From contig OZ024763.1 of assembly GCA_964016885.1 (NCBI GenBank), forward strand, positions 1,426,001 through 1,490,000: a stretch of DNA of 64,000 nt, given 5' to 3'. Of this stretch, positions 25,885-39,279 are shown in pieces. The first letter of the stretch is position 1, and each line of letters begins with the position of its first letter. The notes below the pieces were generated by a model that was not told where the DNA came from, did no database searches, and was given only the letters and a program-made list of their open reading frames with translations. The DNA is from Eledone cirrhosa (taxonomy: Eukaryota). Both the position numbers and the translations under genes were made by a program.

Positions 25885-28800
25885 TCTTCTCTCCTGTCCT
25901 ATCTTCTCTCTTCTTCTCTCCTGTCCTGTCTTCTCTCTTGTCCTATCTTCTCTTTTCTCCTATCTTCTCTCTTCTTCTCTCCTGTCCTATCTTCTCTCTT
26001 ATCTCCTGTCCTATCTTCTCTCTTCTTATCTCCTGTCCTATCTTCTCTCTTCTTCTCTCTTGTCCATCTTCTCTCTTCTCCTCTCTTGTCCATCTTCTCT
26101 CTTGTCCTATCTTCTCTCTTCTTATCTCCTGTCCTATCTTCTCTCTTCTTCTCTCTTCATATCTCCTGTCCCATCTACTCTCTTCTTATCTCCTGTCCCA
26201 TCTTCTCTCTTCTTATCTCCTGTCCTATCTTCTCTCTTCTTATCTCTTGTCCTATCTTCTCTCTTCTTATCTCTTATCCTATCTTCTCTCTTCTTATCTC
26301 TTGCCCTATCTTCTCTCTTCTTATCTCTTGTCCTATCTTCTCTCTTCTTATCTCTTGTCCTATCTTCTCTCTTCTTATCTCCTGTCCTATCTTCTCTCTT
26401 CTTCTCCCCTGTCCTATCTTCTCTCTTCTCTCTTGTCCTATCTTCTCTCTTCTTATCTCCTGTCCCATCTTCTCTCTTCTTATCTCCTGTCCCATCTTCT
26501 CTCTTCTTCTCTCCTGTCCCATCTTCTCTCTTCTTATCTCCTGTCCTATCTTCTCTCTTCTTATCTCTTGTCCTATCTTCTCTCTTCTTATCTCTTGTCC
26601 TATCTTCTCTCTTCTTATCTCTTGTCCTATTTTCTCTCTTCTTATCTCTTGTCCTATCTTCACTCTTCTTATCTCTTGTCCTATCTTCTCTCTTCTTATC
26701 TCCTGTCCTATCTTCTCTCTTATCTCCTGTCCTATCTTCTCTCTTCTTCTCCCCTGTCCTATCTTCTCTCTTCTCTCTTGTCCTATCTTCTCTCTTCTTA
26801 TCTCCTGTCCCATCTTCTCTCTTCTTCTCTCCTGTCCCATCTTCTCTCTTCTTATCTCCTGTCCTATCTTCTCTCTTCTTATCTCTTGTCCTATCTTCTC
26901 TCTTCTTATCTCTTGTCCTCTCTTCTTATCTCTTGCCCTATCTTCTCTCTTCTTATCTCTTGTCCTATCTTCTCTCTTATCTCTTGTCCTATCTTCATTC
27001 TTCTTATCTCCTGTCCTATCTTCTCTCTTCTTATCTCCTGTCCTATCTTCTCTCTTCTTATCTCCTGTCCTATCTTCTCTCTTCTTATCTCCTGTCCTAT
27101 CTTCTCTCTTCTTCTCTCCTGTCCCATCTTCTCTCTACTTATCTCCTGTCCCATCTTCTCTCTACTTATCTCCTGTCCCATCTTCTCTCTACTTATCTCC
27201 TGTCCCATCTTCTCTCTTCTTATCTCCTGTCCCATCTTCTCTCTTCTTATCTCCTTTCCTATCTTCTCTCTTCTTATCTCCTGTCCTATCTTCTCTCTTC
27301 TTATCTCCTGTCCTATCTTCTCTCTTCTTCTCTCCTGTCCTATCTTCTCTCTTGTCCTATCTTCTCTCTTCTTATCTCTTCTCTCTTCTTATCTCTTGTC
27401 CTATCTTCTCTCTTCTTATCTCTTGTCCTATCTTCTCTCTTCTTATCTCTTGTCCTATCTTCTCTCTTGTCCTATCTTCTCTCTTCTTATCTCTTGTCCT
27501 ATCTTCTCTCTTCTTCTCTCTTGTCCTATCTTCTCTCTTCTTCTCTCTTGTCCTATCTTCTCTCTTCTTATCTCTTGTCCTATCTTCTCTCTTATCTCTT
27601 GTCCTATCTTTCTTCTTATCTCTTGTCCTATCTTCTCTCTTCTTATCTCTTGTCCTATCTTCTCTCTTCTTATCTCCTGTCCTATCTTCTCTCTTCTTAT
27701 CTCCTGTCCTATCTTCTCTCTTCTTATCTCCTGTCCTATCTTCTCTCTTCTTATCTCCTGTCCTATCTTCTCTCTTCTTCTCTCCTGTCCTATCTTCTCT
27801 CTTCTCTCTTGTCCTATCTTCTCTCTTCTTATCTCCTGTCCCATCTTCTCTCTACTTATCTCCTGTCCCATCTTCTCTCTACTTATCTCCTGTCCCATCT
27901 TCTCTCTTCTTATCTCCTGTCCCATCTTCTCTCTTCTTATCTCCTGTCCCATCTTCTCTCTTCTTCTCTCCTGTCCCATCTTCTCTCTTCTTATCTCCTG
28001 TCCTATCTTCTCTCTTCTTATCTCCTGTCCTATCTCTCTTCTCCTATCTTCTCTCTTATCTCCTGTCCTATCTTCTCTCTTCTTATCTCTTGTCCTATCT
28101 TCTCTCTTCTTATCTCTTGTCCTATCTTCTCTCTTCTTATCTCTTGTCCTATCTTCTCTCTTATCTCCTGTCCTATCTTCTCTCTTCTTATCTCCTGTCC
28201 TATCTTCTCTCTTCTTCTCTCCTGTCCTATCTTCTCTCTTCTTCTCTCTTGTCCTATCTTCTCTCTTCTTATCTCTTGTCCTATCTTCTCTCTTATCTCT
28301 TGTCCTATCTTCTCTCTTATCTCTTGTCCTATCTTCTCTCTTCTTATCTCTTCTTATCTCCTGTCCTATCTTCTCTCTTCTTCTCTCTTGTCCTATCTTC
28401 TCTCTTGTCCTATCTTCTCTCTTCTTATCTCTTGTCCTATCTTCTCTCTTATCTCTTGTCCTATCTTCTCTCTTCTTATCTCTTGTCCTATCTTCTCTCT
28501 TCTTATCTCCTGTCCTATCTTCTCTCTTCTTCTCTCCTGTCCTATCTTCTCTCTTCTTATCTCCTGTCCTATCTTCTCTCTTCTTCTCCCCTGTCCTATC
28601 TTCTCTCTTCTCTCTTGTCCTATCTTCTCTCTTCTTATCTCCTGTCCCATCTTCTCTCTTCTTATCTCCTGTCCCATCTTCTCTCTTCTTCTCTCCTGTC
28701 CCATCTTCTCTCTTCTTATCTCCTGTCCTATCTTCTCTCTTCTTATCTCTTGTCCTATCTTCTCTCTTCTTATCTCTTGTCCTATCTTCTCTCTTCTTAT

Positions 28801-29062
28801 CTCTTGCCCTATCTTCTCTCTTCTTATCTCTTGTCCTATCTTCTCTCTTCTTATCTCCTGTCCTATCTTCTCTCTTCTTATCTCCTGTCCTATCTTCTCT
28901 CTTCTTCTCTCTTGTCCTATCTTCTCTCTTCTCCTATCTTCTCTCTTCTTCTCTCTTGTCCTATCTTCTCTCTTCTTCTCTCTTGTCCTATCTTCTCTCT
29001 TCTTATCTCCTGTCCTATCTTCTCTCTTCTTCTCTCTTGTCCTATCTTCTCTCTTCTTATCT
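25885..29062. repeat. 3.2-kb polypyrimidine minisatellite, 27-bp unit atctcctgtcctatcttctctcttctt
   Basis: Direct inspection; lies in intron 3 of C22orf39. Confidence 0.97.
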
Positions 29063-30077
29063 CCACCTCTGTATGAAACTGTCCACCTTTGACAGTTGCT
29101 GTGGCTTTATTCTCTTAATTCAACAACACACTGTGTCGCATTGATTTGGCTTGAGGTTGTATTTCACTTGAAGTTTCTTGTGTATTTTAATGATAGAGGC
29201 CCCCAGTCCAATCATGCATAAACATTTGTGTGTTGTTGTTGTTGTTAAATCTCACCTATATAGGTGTAGTTGGTCTCTTATGAGTTTATATCACATAGGA
29301 GGTTTCTTGGGTGTTTTAATTATAGGGTCCCCAGGTCATCAGCATGGTTTTTACATCTGCTTTTCCATGCTTGGATGGGTTGGATGGATCCTTCTCAGCA
29401 CAGCATCGCATTCCTTTGTCATCTCCTCTGTCATACAACTTCTCCAACACACGTATAGCTTTAGTTGGCCTTCCATGAGACTGTATTTCATAAGAGTGAT
29501 CTTGGGTGTTTTAATGATAGAAACCTCCAGTCCTAGCACACGTATATCTATGTTGTTATTGCAGCTCACATGTATGGGGTTACATGTAGTAGGTTTCTTT
29601 GATGTTTTAATGATAGGGGGCTCTATGTATGTTGTTGTTACAGCTCACACCTGTATAGGTTTACCTGGCCTCTTATGGGGTAGCATTGTTGCAGTGGAGA
29701 CTTCTGGAATCCTTGGTCCCTAACTCGCTTCCCTACTCACTACTATCAGGGCAGAGTTGGTCACTGCAGGAGTGAGTGTATGTTGTGTAGTCTACACTAT
29801 ATTGTGTGGCCTACAATATATTGTGTGGTCTGTGTTGTATAGTTTAGTTTGTTTTATAATTTACAGTTGTATAGTCTAACTTATATTGTGTGATGTACTC
29901 CCCGTTGTGTGGTCTATCTCATATTGTATGATGTGTTGCCTGTTGTGTGGTATAATCTGCAGTTGTATAGTCTATCTCATATTGTGTGATGTACTCCCTG
30001 TTGTGTAGTCTATCTTATACTGTTTGATGTGTTGTCTGTTGTGTGTCGGAATACAGTGTTTGACTTTGTTTTTACAG

Positions 30078-30308
30078 GAGAATCTCCTGAAAAATGAGAA
30101 AGCCAGGCGTGAGGAACGTTTATTGAAAGCCAGGTCAAACGATGTTTGGGAGTATCGGAGAAGTCCTCCAACAGATTGGGCCACACCATTACCAGAATGG
30201 GAAAAACTACATGCCAACAGTGTTTTATCTGGCATGCAAGAGAACAAAACAAACACAGCCTCCATTGGAGACACACACACTCGAAACTCCATGTGTACAA
30301 TACTTTAG
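30078..30308 (+). CDS. C22orf39: C22orf39 homolog, terminal exon 4 (ENLLKNEKARR...DVWEYRRSPPTDWATPLPEW...SMCTIL*)
   Basis: Acceptor tttttacag|; VW..RxSPPxDW..PLP family motif; stop at 30306-30308. Total spliced protein 154 aa. Confidence 0.92.
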   Translation, partial: ENLLKNEKARREERLLKARSNDVWEYRRSPPTDWATPLPEWEKLHANSVLSGMQENKTNTASIGDTHTRNSMCTIL

Positions 30309-30659
30309 CCTTACTATAAATATATCCTAAAACTTTTGCCTACAATTTTTCTTGTTTTTTGTACAGCCCCATTTTTTTATTTTTGTTAAGCCCTGTTTTG
30401 GGGGGTTTTTTTAAACCCTTTTTTTTTTTTTTTATTAAACATTTAAAAAAATGTTTTGGTTTTTTTATTTTTTTTCCTGTTCAGCCTTATTTTGTTTTTT
30501 TTCTTACACTCAGCTGTGTTTTTTTGTTCGGCACCCCACTCTACCCCACTTCTTTTTCTTTTTATTCCTCTTTGGCTCCTTTAGGGTTTAGGTGAAGAAA
30601 ACTCCAGGAGTTCCCATGGACAAACAATCTTAAAATCCTCTGATATGGCTTGAAGGATT

Positions 30660-31056
30660 ATATTGGGTTGAGTCATAAATAATTTCCATTTTTTAGAAGC
30701 AAGTTGTAACTACGCATTTCAAACTCCAAAGTTTTGAATGCAACTAGAAATTATCTGATTACAGAGTCCTCATTAGTCATTGTTATTTCATTAATGAAAG
30801 AGTGCACATCATAATTTAATCTATGATTTCACTCCCCTAAAATGGAGGAACTGAAAGTGGATATTTAACACATAATTTGGGAGTTTAAGAATAACAAAAA
30901 CGCTACAGAAACAGTGGAGAATATTTGTAGAGTTTATGGTTAAGGTGTCATTACTGACCGCTAAGTCTGAAACTGGTTGTCAAAGTTTCTTGGGATACGT
31001 CATTGAGAGATGAGCCCAGACCAGGATGCTCATCAGACCTTAATTAAGATGCTTTA
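30660..31056 (+). mobile_element. Decayed mariner 5' fragment
   Basis: tattgggttg terminus; NATETVENICRVYG...LRDEPRPG with stops; ends at a TTAA-initiated MITE fragment. Confidence 0.75.
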
Positions 31057-32265
31057 ACCCTTTACATTACTCTATATTTACTGTTGTATTTTCATGGTAA
31101 ACACTTTATCTCTGAATTTCCCTGCCTCCAACCCGGTATCATCTTTAAGAACATTCTTCGGTGTGTTGGTTGGTCTCCCAACAAACGTTTCCAGAAAACA
31201 ACTCTGCTAATAGAAAACATAGTACAAACAATATATATATATATATATATATATTATGTATATATTGTTATATTTGGGGAGGGTCATGTTGCCAATAAAA
31301 ACACTCACTAGTTGTTTTTCACTTTGGTTTTATTATTTGTTTCTTATCTTACATAATTGTCAAAGTTCTTTTGTCACACGTTCTGTGACCTCCTCAATGG
31401 TATTTGTTTTCCTCTGTGTCTTGTCTTCTTTCTGGCCTTATTTTGTTTACTTCATCATGTCTTATACACATAAATATGTATATATAATATTTATATATAA
31501 TAATAATAATTACAAAGACCAAAATCTGAAGAGGGCTTGATAAGGATTGTATATATATAAATATATATATAAACCTATAGAGAAAATATATATATATATC
31601 ATCATCATAATTTAACATCAACTTTCCCTGCTAGCAAAGGTTGGATGTGTCTTACATAGACTGATAAAGGATAGAGTGATACTGTAGTGGGGTTACTGAC
31701 CTCCCAGACAGGCTGAGGGGTCAGTATCCCACTGGTATATGATCATATCAAGTGAAGATGAGTTGTCATGTCCTTTGACAGAAACTGAATGGTCCTCCTA
31801 ACCCCTTTGTTAATAAAATTATTGAATATTTGATATCATCATCATCATCATCATCATTTTACGTCCACTTTTCCCTGCTTGCAAGGGTGGGACGGGAACT
31901 GATTCTGGCTTGATTTCTACAGCTGGATGCCCTTCCTAACACCAACCTCATTTACAGTGAGTGCTGGGTGCTTTTTTGCCATGGCACCTCCACGACCACT
32001 TTGCAGTGGAATGATAGGGACCCCAGTCCCTATCATCTCATTTCTACAGCTGAGTAAACTGGAGCAATGTGAAATAAAGTGTCTTGCTCAAGGAAACAAC
32101 ACATCACCCGGTCTGAGAATTGAACTCACAACCCTTCGATTGCAAGGCCAATGCTCTAACCACTAAGCCATGTGCCTCCATTGATAGTTTTCATAAAACA
32201 TATTTTATTTTGAATAAATCTGATAGTAAAAGTACAGTATAGTATTAAAATTCTACAAAGGTACC

Positions 32266-32645
32266 TCTGTTGTCCACCAGAGTTTGTAATAGTCTGGGTA
32301 TATCCTTGACTGACTTCAACAGGAGTTTTGGAGGTTTGAGATATAAACTCCTTCCTTCGCCCAACCCTACAGGAAAATACCGCATGGCGTTGAGTCAAGG
32401 CTTCCTGCTGGCCATTCAAGTGGATCTTGATGACCCAGCCAACATCCTGGAAATTGGACATCACGCCACTTGCGGACAGTGCTTGCAAAATGAGGAGGGG
32501 ACGCAGCTTCCATGAATACTTGTATGAGGTTATTGATGTTGTCCCAAGTGGTTACAGGAGGCCAAAAGTAATTTTCGATAGGGAGTTTCTTTCCAACCAC
32601 CCTGTGGAAGATTTCGTATTTTTTACTAAGAACATAGTCCAATAG
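32266..32645 (-). mobile_element. Decayed Tc1/mariner-superfamily DDE transposase fragment
   Basis: PPHFASTVRKW...QFPGCWLG...EWPAGSLDSTPCGIFL*GWAKEGVY matches the WPxRSPDLTPCDFFLWG motif region. Confidence 0.75.
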
Positions 32646-32646
32646 A

Positions 32647-34394
32647 CTATAGAGGCATTAAATTAATTGACCAGGTCATGAAGGTCACAGAAAAAGTAAT
32701 AGCGCAACTAATCAGAGAGCGAATTGATATAGATGAAATGCAGTTCGGGTTTGTGTCAGGTAAAACTACCACAGACGCTCTTTTCATTGTACGACAACTA
32801 CAGGAGAAGTACCTAGCTAAAAGTAAACCCCTATACTTAGCTTTTGTTGACTTGGAGAAAGCCTTTGACAGAGTCCCCTGCTCCATTATCTGGTTGGCTC
32901 TTAGAAAACTAGGTGTAGATGAATGGCTTGTGAGAGCTATACAAGCCATGTATAATGAAACAGTCAGTAAGGTTAGAATTAACAACGAATATAGTGAAGA
33001 GTTTAGCATAAAGGTTAGTGTTCATCAGGGCTCCGTCCTTAGCCCCCTCATATTTATTATTGCCCTTCAGGCTATAACAGAGGAGTTCAAGACCGGCTGC
33101 CCATGGGAACTCCTATACGCAGATGATCTAACGCTCATAGCTGAATCAATGGCTGAACTAGAGAAGAAATTCCAAACATGGAAACATGGCCTAGAATCAA
33201 AAGGCCTTAAAATTAACCTGTCTAAGACTAAAGTTCTAGTTTGTACGAAAGAAAATAGGGCACTGGTCCCATCTGGGAAATGGCCATGCTCAGTGTGTAG
33301 GAAAGGCGTAGGTAGAAATTCCATTTTATGTCCCAAATGCAAAGTATGGGTGCATAAAAGATGTAGTGGGATCACAGGTAAGCTAACTAAGAATATAGAT
33401 TTTATATGTGGCCGGTGCTCTGGTGCAATAAGTAGCAGCAAGTGCCCACAGAATACTAGCTCATTCCATTGCACAGATGGTTCTATAGAAATAGTGGACA
33501 CCTTCCGTTACCTGGGTGGCAAAATACAGTAGCTAGAGTCAGAACGGGATGGAAAAAGTTCAGAGAGTTTATACCACTATTGGCCGCTAAAGGGTTCTCT
33601 CTAAAAATGAAAGGCAGGCTGTATGATGCCTGCATACGAACAGCAATGTTACATGGCAGTGAGACTTCGGTATTGTGTGCAGAGGATATACGCAGACTGG
33701 AGAGGAACGAAGCTTGCATGCTCCGCTGGATGTGTAATAGTAATATACGTGAACGGCAAAGCATAAATGAACTAAGGGAGAAATTAGGAATAAGAGGGAT
33801 CAGATGTTGTTTACTCGAGAGAAGACTACGTTGGTATGGTCACGTGATGCCCATGAAAGACGACAGCTGTATAAAAAAGTGCAGGGCGATAAAAATAGAT
33901 GGTAGCCAAGGAGTAGGCAGACCCAGAAAAAGCTGGGATGACTTGATAAATTCCGACCTCACACACTTACACCTCTCCAAGACAATGTCACTGGACCAAG
34001 ATCTTTCAGTAATACAGAAGACCCGCCTTGCCTAAGTACAAAGTGAAACCTACAGTCAGTAGGCACCTCTTAACAAAAATACACCCCACCGTCCCACTAC
34101 CCCCACCCCATACACACCACCCCTTTCAATGTAAAGTTATGTTGGTACCACAACATCCAGTCCGAAATAAATGAGGTCGTGTAGGTGTCACGACAAAAAA
34201 AACACAGTCCATGCTGTAATGTGGCCGTGTAGGTAACACGGTAAAAACCTCCCAGTCCACACTGTAAACGTGGTTGGTGTTAGGAAGGGCAGACAGTCCT
34301 ATGCGAGCAAGACAACCAATCTTGCCTCAAGTGGGAAAATTCCCATCCAAACCCATGCAAGCGTGGAAGATGGCCGTTAAACGATGATGATGAT
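32647..34394 (+). mobile_element. 5'-truncated RTE-clade LINE: RT C-terminal half, PHD-like Zn finger, 3'UTR and (GAT)n tail; frame-disrupted near 33530
   Basis: QFGFVSGKTTTDA, FVDLEKAFD, HQGSVLSP, LYADD, CSVC...HKRC...CGRC, RRLRWYGHV, GRPRKSW in ORFs 32678-33532 and 33469-34035. Confidence 0.95.
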
Positions 34395-35585
34395 CAAAAA
34401 TACAGACTCTCACGAGCCGACTGGGCTTGATTGACGGCCACCCAGCTCTCTTTCTGCTGAGGAACTGCTTCGCCATGCCGAAGCTCCTCTATACACTCTG
34501 CAGCGCTCCGTGCTACACCCAGACATCTCTCCCCGCTGACCTCGATACTTGTATCCGAGCAACAGCCGAGGGGATATGCAACGTCAAGTTTGACGACATA
34601 GGGTGTCAACAGGCCACTTTACCTGTCAGGTATGGCGGCCTTGGCCTCCGGTCCCCGATCTCACTAGCTTTGCCGGCGTATCTTTCGTCGGTAACCTCGT
34701 GCCGCGTCCTCGTCATCAGGGTTCTTCAAAACACAACAGAACCCTCTGTGTTCAGAGAACGTGAAGCCGCCTGTGAGACGTGGGACCGGCTGGGACTTAG
34801 CCCAGTAGACGTCCCTCCTCCTTCTCCCCCTGTTGACGTCAAGTCCCCCCAACACACTTGGGATGCCATCCAGTGCAGCCTGGCCTCAGACAGGCTAACG
34901 CGCCAGCTCGACCAGCACCGCCTTGCTTGTTTTCATGCGGCCTCCAAACCCCACAGTGGTGCCTGGCTCCATGCCCTGCCCTCCTTCGGATCTGCCAGCC
35001 ACACCAATGTCGCTGCGGTTCCACCGTGGACTCTTTCGGCCTCCACCCGCTTTCCTGTCTTCACAGTGCCGGCCACATTCCACGCCATGCTGCCCTCAAC
35101 GAGGTCATTAAGCATGGCTTGGACGCTGCAGGCTTCCCTTCCCAGCCCGAGCCGGTGGGTCTGGATCGAGGGGACGGCAAAAGGCCAGATGGCATGACCA
35201 TCTTCCCGTTCCGCGGTGGCAAACCCCCGTCTGAGATGCCACTTGCACCGACACTTTCTGCAGCCGCAACCTGGTGCAGTCTGCGACTGACCCAGGTTCT
35301 GCTGCACGTCGGGCTGAGGGGGCCAAACTTCTCAAATACCGGTCGCTCTCCGACAGGTTTGCGGTCGTACCCCTGGCAGTGGAGACTTCTGGTGTCCTCG
35401 GCCCCAGGGCTACCTCCTTACTCACCACCATAGGCGCTGAGCTGGCCAGCCGCAGGTGTGAGCCCCGCGAGTTGGAGTGGCTTTTCCAGCGCGTCTCCCT
35501 TGCCGTCCTCCGGGGAAACGCCTTCTCCATTCTGCTCGCCGGGGCTGTGGGTGGGCCCCATCGCGTACCGTTGTAGTTGTTGTAT
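34395..35585 (+). mobile_element. CRE-clade non-LTR retrotransposon 3' part (post-RT region, CCHC knuckle, restriction-like endonuclease), frameshifted
   Basis: [23 protein letters not shown]...HPLSC...[37 protein letters not shown]. Confidence 0.88.
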
Positions 35586-36494
35586 ACAGATATTAACTCA
35601 TCAATCCCATTGTCCAAATCCGTAATTATTAAGAATATATATAACAGAATTGAAACTGCGCTAACGATAAAGAATAAGATTTCTCTTAGATAAATAAATA
35701 AAAATGTAATCTGTTATTTTAATAGAAAAAAAAACAACATAAATATACTTTTGAGGGGAAAAAAAAAAAAAAAAATAAATAAATAAAAACATCGTGTACT
35801 CAGGTCGATATAATCGACTTTTCCTCACCGTAAATAAATATTTGGCCATGACCCATTGTTCAAAATTTTGCGCATGAACATCGTCTTTTAAGCTTTTGTC
35901 TGTGACAAACTGTGTTGGAATTCTGTCCAAACCCAAAAGGAATTAATTGTCAAATTTGGAATTTTACAAATTTACTGATAATTATTTTACAAAGGATAAA
36001 ATACAGTTTTATCAAAGGTAAAGTAAAATTTTATATTATTTTGGTTTGGTTTGTTAAACTTTTCATTTTTATATATATGACAGTATTTCTAATGAAAGAG
36101 AACTTATTTAATAAAAACCGTTCTTCCAACCTCTCCCCTGCTCTTATTCCAACCTCACCCTTCTCTTATTCCAACCTCACCCCTGCTCTTATTCCAACCT
36201 CACCCCTGCTCTTATTCCACTCTGTTTATGAAATTCTGCTAATCTATCTCCGGCGAAATCACATTCCTGCGACAATTAATTTTCTTTATACATTAAAAAA
36301 CATTAAACATGACAAAAAAGTATATTTCTGAATTGACACATTGTAAAATAAATAGGATGGGTTGGGGTTCAATATGTAAACTAAACGACTAATTCTGGTT
36401 TTTAACAAAATCAACGGAGACAATTTATGAAAATCACCGATTTCTCTAACCAACCCCTTCTCTATTATTCGGGACCCGAATCTACGAAATCTCT

Positions 36495-37187
36495 CAATGT
36501 CGTTTCTTAACCAGTATTCCGCCAGAACGTTAGGTCGCTGGGGGTCACAAGAGGTCGCTGGGGTCACAAGAGGTCGCTAGGAGTTCCGCGAGAAACAAGG
36601 ATAAATAAGTTAATGCATTTTTAAGTACTGTATTTCCCGGCATCGAAGACGCTACTTTTTCCCTAAAATAAGTCTCAAAAATCTACCATACGTCCTGGAG
36701 GCCGAAGGTTGTTTATTATTTTTTTTCAAATTTTGGGTTGTCAAAATTAGGGCGCTTCGTCGAGGACGAAGCGCCTTCAGTGCCGGGAAATATGATCTTT
36801 TAAAAATGTTATATTCGTGATTTTACAATACCGTACATATTGTTGGAACATCCTTGGTTATTATAATAAAGGCTTCAATCAATATAAAAAAGATATATAT
36901 AAATAATGGCAGACCCGCCAACCTCTAAAAACCCCATGAAAAAAGAAAATGCCCCAAAACTGGGAGAAATGAAGCAAAATGGGGAGATTTTACATAATGA
37001 AAGCTATACCTATTTTCACAAGAGAAGACATCTCTCACCCACCCCAAAGTTGGTGGGTGATTTCCCTGCCGGACGGGGAGAGTTGGCAGGTCTGTAATGG
37101 TATGTAATAATTTTTTATGTAGAGGTTCCCTGAAACATAAACCATTTCAAGGGTTCCTCAAGGGTAAAAAAAAGTTGAGAAACGCTG
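36495..37187. mobile_element. hAT-like MITE containing two nested MITEs (36627-36795; 36910-37094)
   Basis: Ends ...gtttcttaacc / gttgagaaacgctg; inner TIR cagacccgccaac/gttggcaggtctg with taatgg duplicated on both sides. Confidence 0.6.
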
Positions 37188-37599
37188 CCCTTTAGAATAA
37201 GGCCCTTGCGAGATTGAAGAGGATGACTGACAAACCCGATGTTGAAGTCTTATTTACTTTGTGTTTCCATAGTGCGTCACCCTAGCTCCGCTGTGCCATT
37301 GTTGCGGCACCCTAGCTCCGAAGTCCCATATTTTCCCACCATATCTCCCCGTTACTATAGGGAGTCACTCTAGCTTCATATTTCCATACCGTGTCTTTTC
37401 TTTATTAAGACCCCCTCCCCCCCCCCCCCCCTGTATGACAGAAACAAAATTTAATTCATAGTTTGTTTTTTTAATTTCATTGGAGGAATTCTAGCAATGA
37501 ATCACTTATTGAAAATGTAAAAAGAATCTTTCTATCCTCCCAAATAAACGAAACAAAATAGAAACACAACACAAAAACCAACAAAACAATAGATTGTAT

Positions 37600-37990
37600 A
37601 CAATGTATGGTTGAGCAGCTCATTGATACAGATACAGTCGCTGAGCCACTTGCCAGTCATAAGTCTCATAATGTGGTTCTGGAATGTAGAGAGCTTCTGA
37701 AGTGACCTTGTTCTCGTCCAGTTAACACAGTCAAGACCATATAACACAACTGGTAGGATGTAAATATCAAAGATCTTAGACTTCAAATGATAGGAAATTC
37801 GTTTTGATGTTAGTACTTCCTTGTTCTTGTTGAAAGCTGCCCAACCTAGAGCGATGTGATACTGCACAGCAACCATTCCATTGTTGTTTGGTGATAGTTT
37901 GTGACTGAGATATACAAACTCTGTAACTTGAGCAATTTGCTGGTTGGAGATTGAGAGTTGGAGATTGGCATTGTTTTTATCAGTTGTCAT
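37600..37990 (-). mobile_element. LINE (RTE/L2-like) post-RT fragment
   Basis: VTEFVYL...IALGWAAFNK...KIFDIYILPVVLYG. Confidence 0.75.
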
Positions 37991-38886
37991 ACATTTTGTT
38001 TTGGAAATATATGTTATAAATGTATATCATATTATAGATTTATATTATATTATAGATGTATATTATATTATAGATGTATATTATATTATAGATGTATATT
38101 ATATTATAAGTCCTTGTAAAATATATTTTTTTATTATTTTTATTATTATTTTTTTACAGATGTCCAGATCCCACTGACAGATGTTGGTCTAAATATTCAT
38201 CATGTTTGATTCCCCACAAGGAACAATCCGAGTTTATGAGGTGCCTGTACAGTCAAGATCCCAGACCTCATTCACTCACTGAGTTGGGGTGGAACTCGTC
38301 AAACCGGGCCAAAGAAATAATGTCCTTTGGAATTATGACACACACACACCTACACACGCACGCACGCACGCACAAACACACACACACCAACACACACACA
38401 CACCAACACACACACACACCAACACACACACACCAACACACACACACACAGAGACACAGGCGCGCACGCACACACACACTATATATATAAATATATATTT
38501 ATTAAAATAACAGTTTAAGCAAAGAATCGCTGCTTTCATCTGTTATTTTAATAAATATTTGCTCTACGGTTCTTATCGAGCCCTCTTTGGATTTTGAATT
38601 TGAATTTATTATTACTATATATATTTATTATTATTTATTTATTATTATTATTATTTATTTATTATTATTATTTATTTATTATTATTTATTTATTATTATT
38701 TATTTATTATTATAATTATTTATGATTATTATTTATTTATTATTATTATTTATTTATTATTATTATTTATTTATTATTATTTATTATTATTACTATATAT
38801 ATATAAAGTACCAGTAATACACTGGGAGTAATTGCTGGCCTTGTGCCAAAAGTAGAAACAATTATTATTATATAATTTATTATTAT

Positions 38887-38939
<53 letters not shown>

Positions 38940-39279
38940 TTCCACAAATGTGGGTTGACGAAAAACTTGACTTAAAGAAATAAATGGTATTTATAAACTA
39001 AAGTTAAGTTTTTGTGGTTTTTATTTTAGTAAAATTCTTTTTTTGAGCTAATCAACAACTTTTTATTTACATTATTTTATTTACGGCCCTTTCCATTCTG
39101 AGTTCAAATCCCGCCGAGGTTAACTTTGCCTTTCATCCTTACGGGGTCGATAAAATAAAGTACCAGTAATGCACTGGGTAATTGCTGGCCTTTATTTTAT
39201 GTACACATATACGCCAGGTACGAAAACAGAGGAGCCGAACTCCCACTGCCTTCATATCTCCCGCTCTCCCCATCTCTCA

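Noticed and set aside
25756-29144. Three overlapping ORFs over 1000 aa
   Set aside because: Translations of a stop-free 27-bp pyrimidine minisatellite inside an intron; open in all three frames.
30075-30080. NAGNAG alternative acceptor (CAGGAG) at exon 4
   Set aside because: GAG acceptors are rarely used; no evidence from sequence alone.
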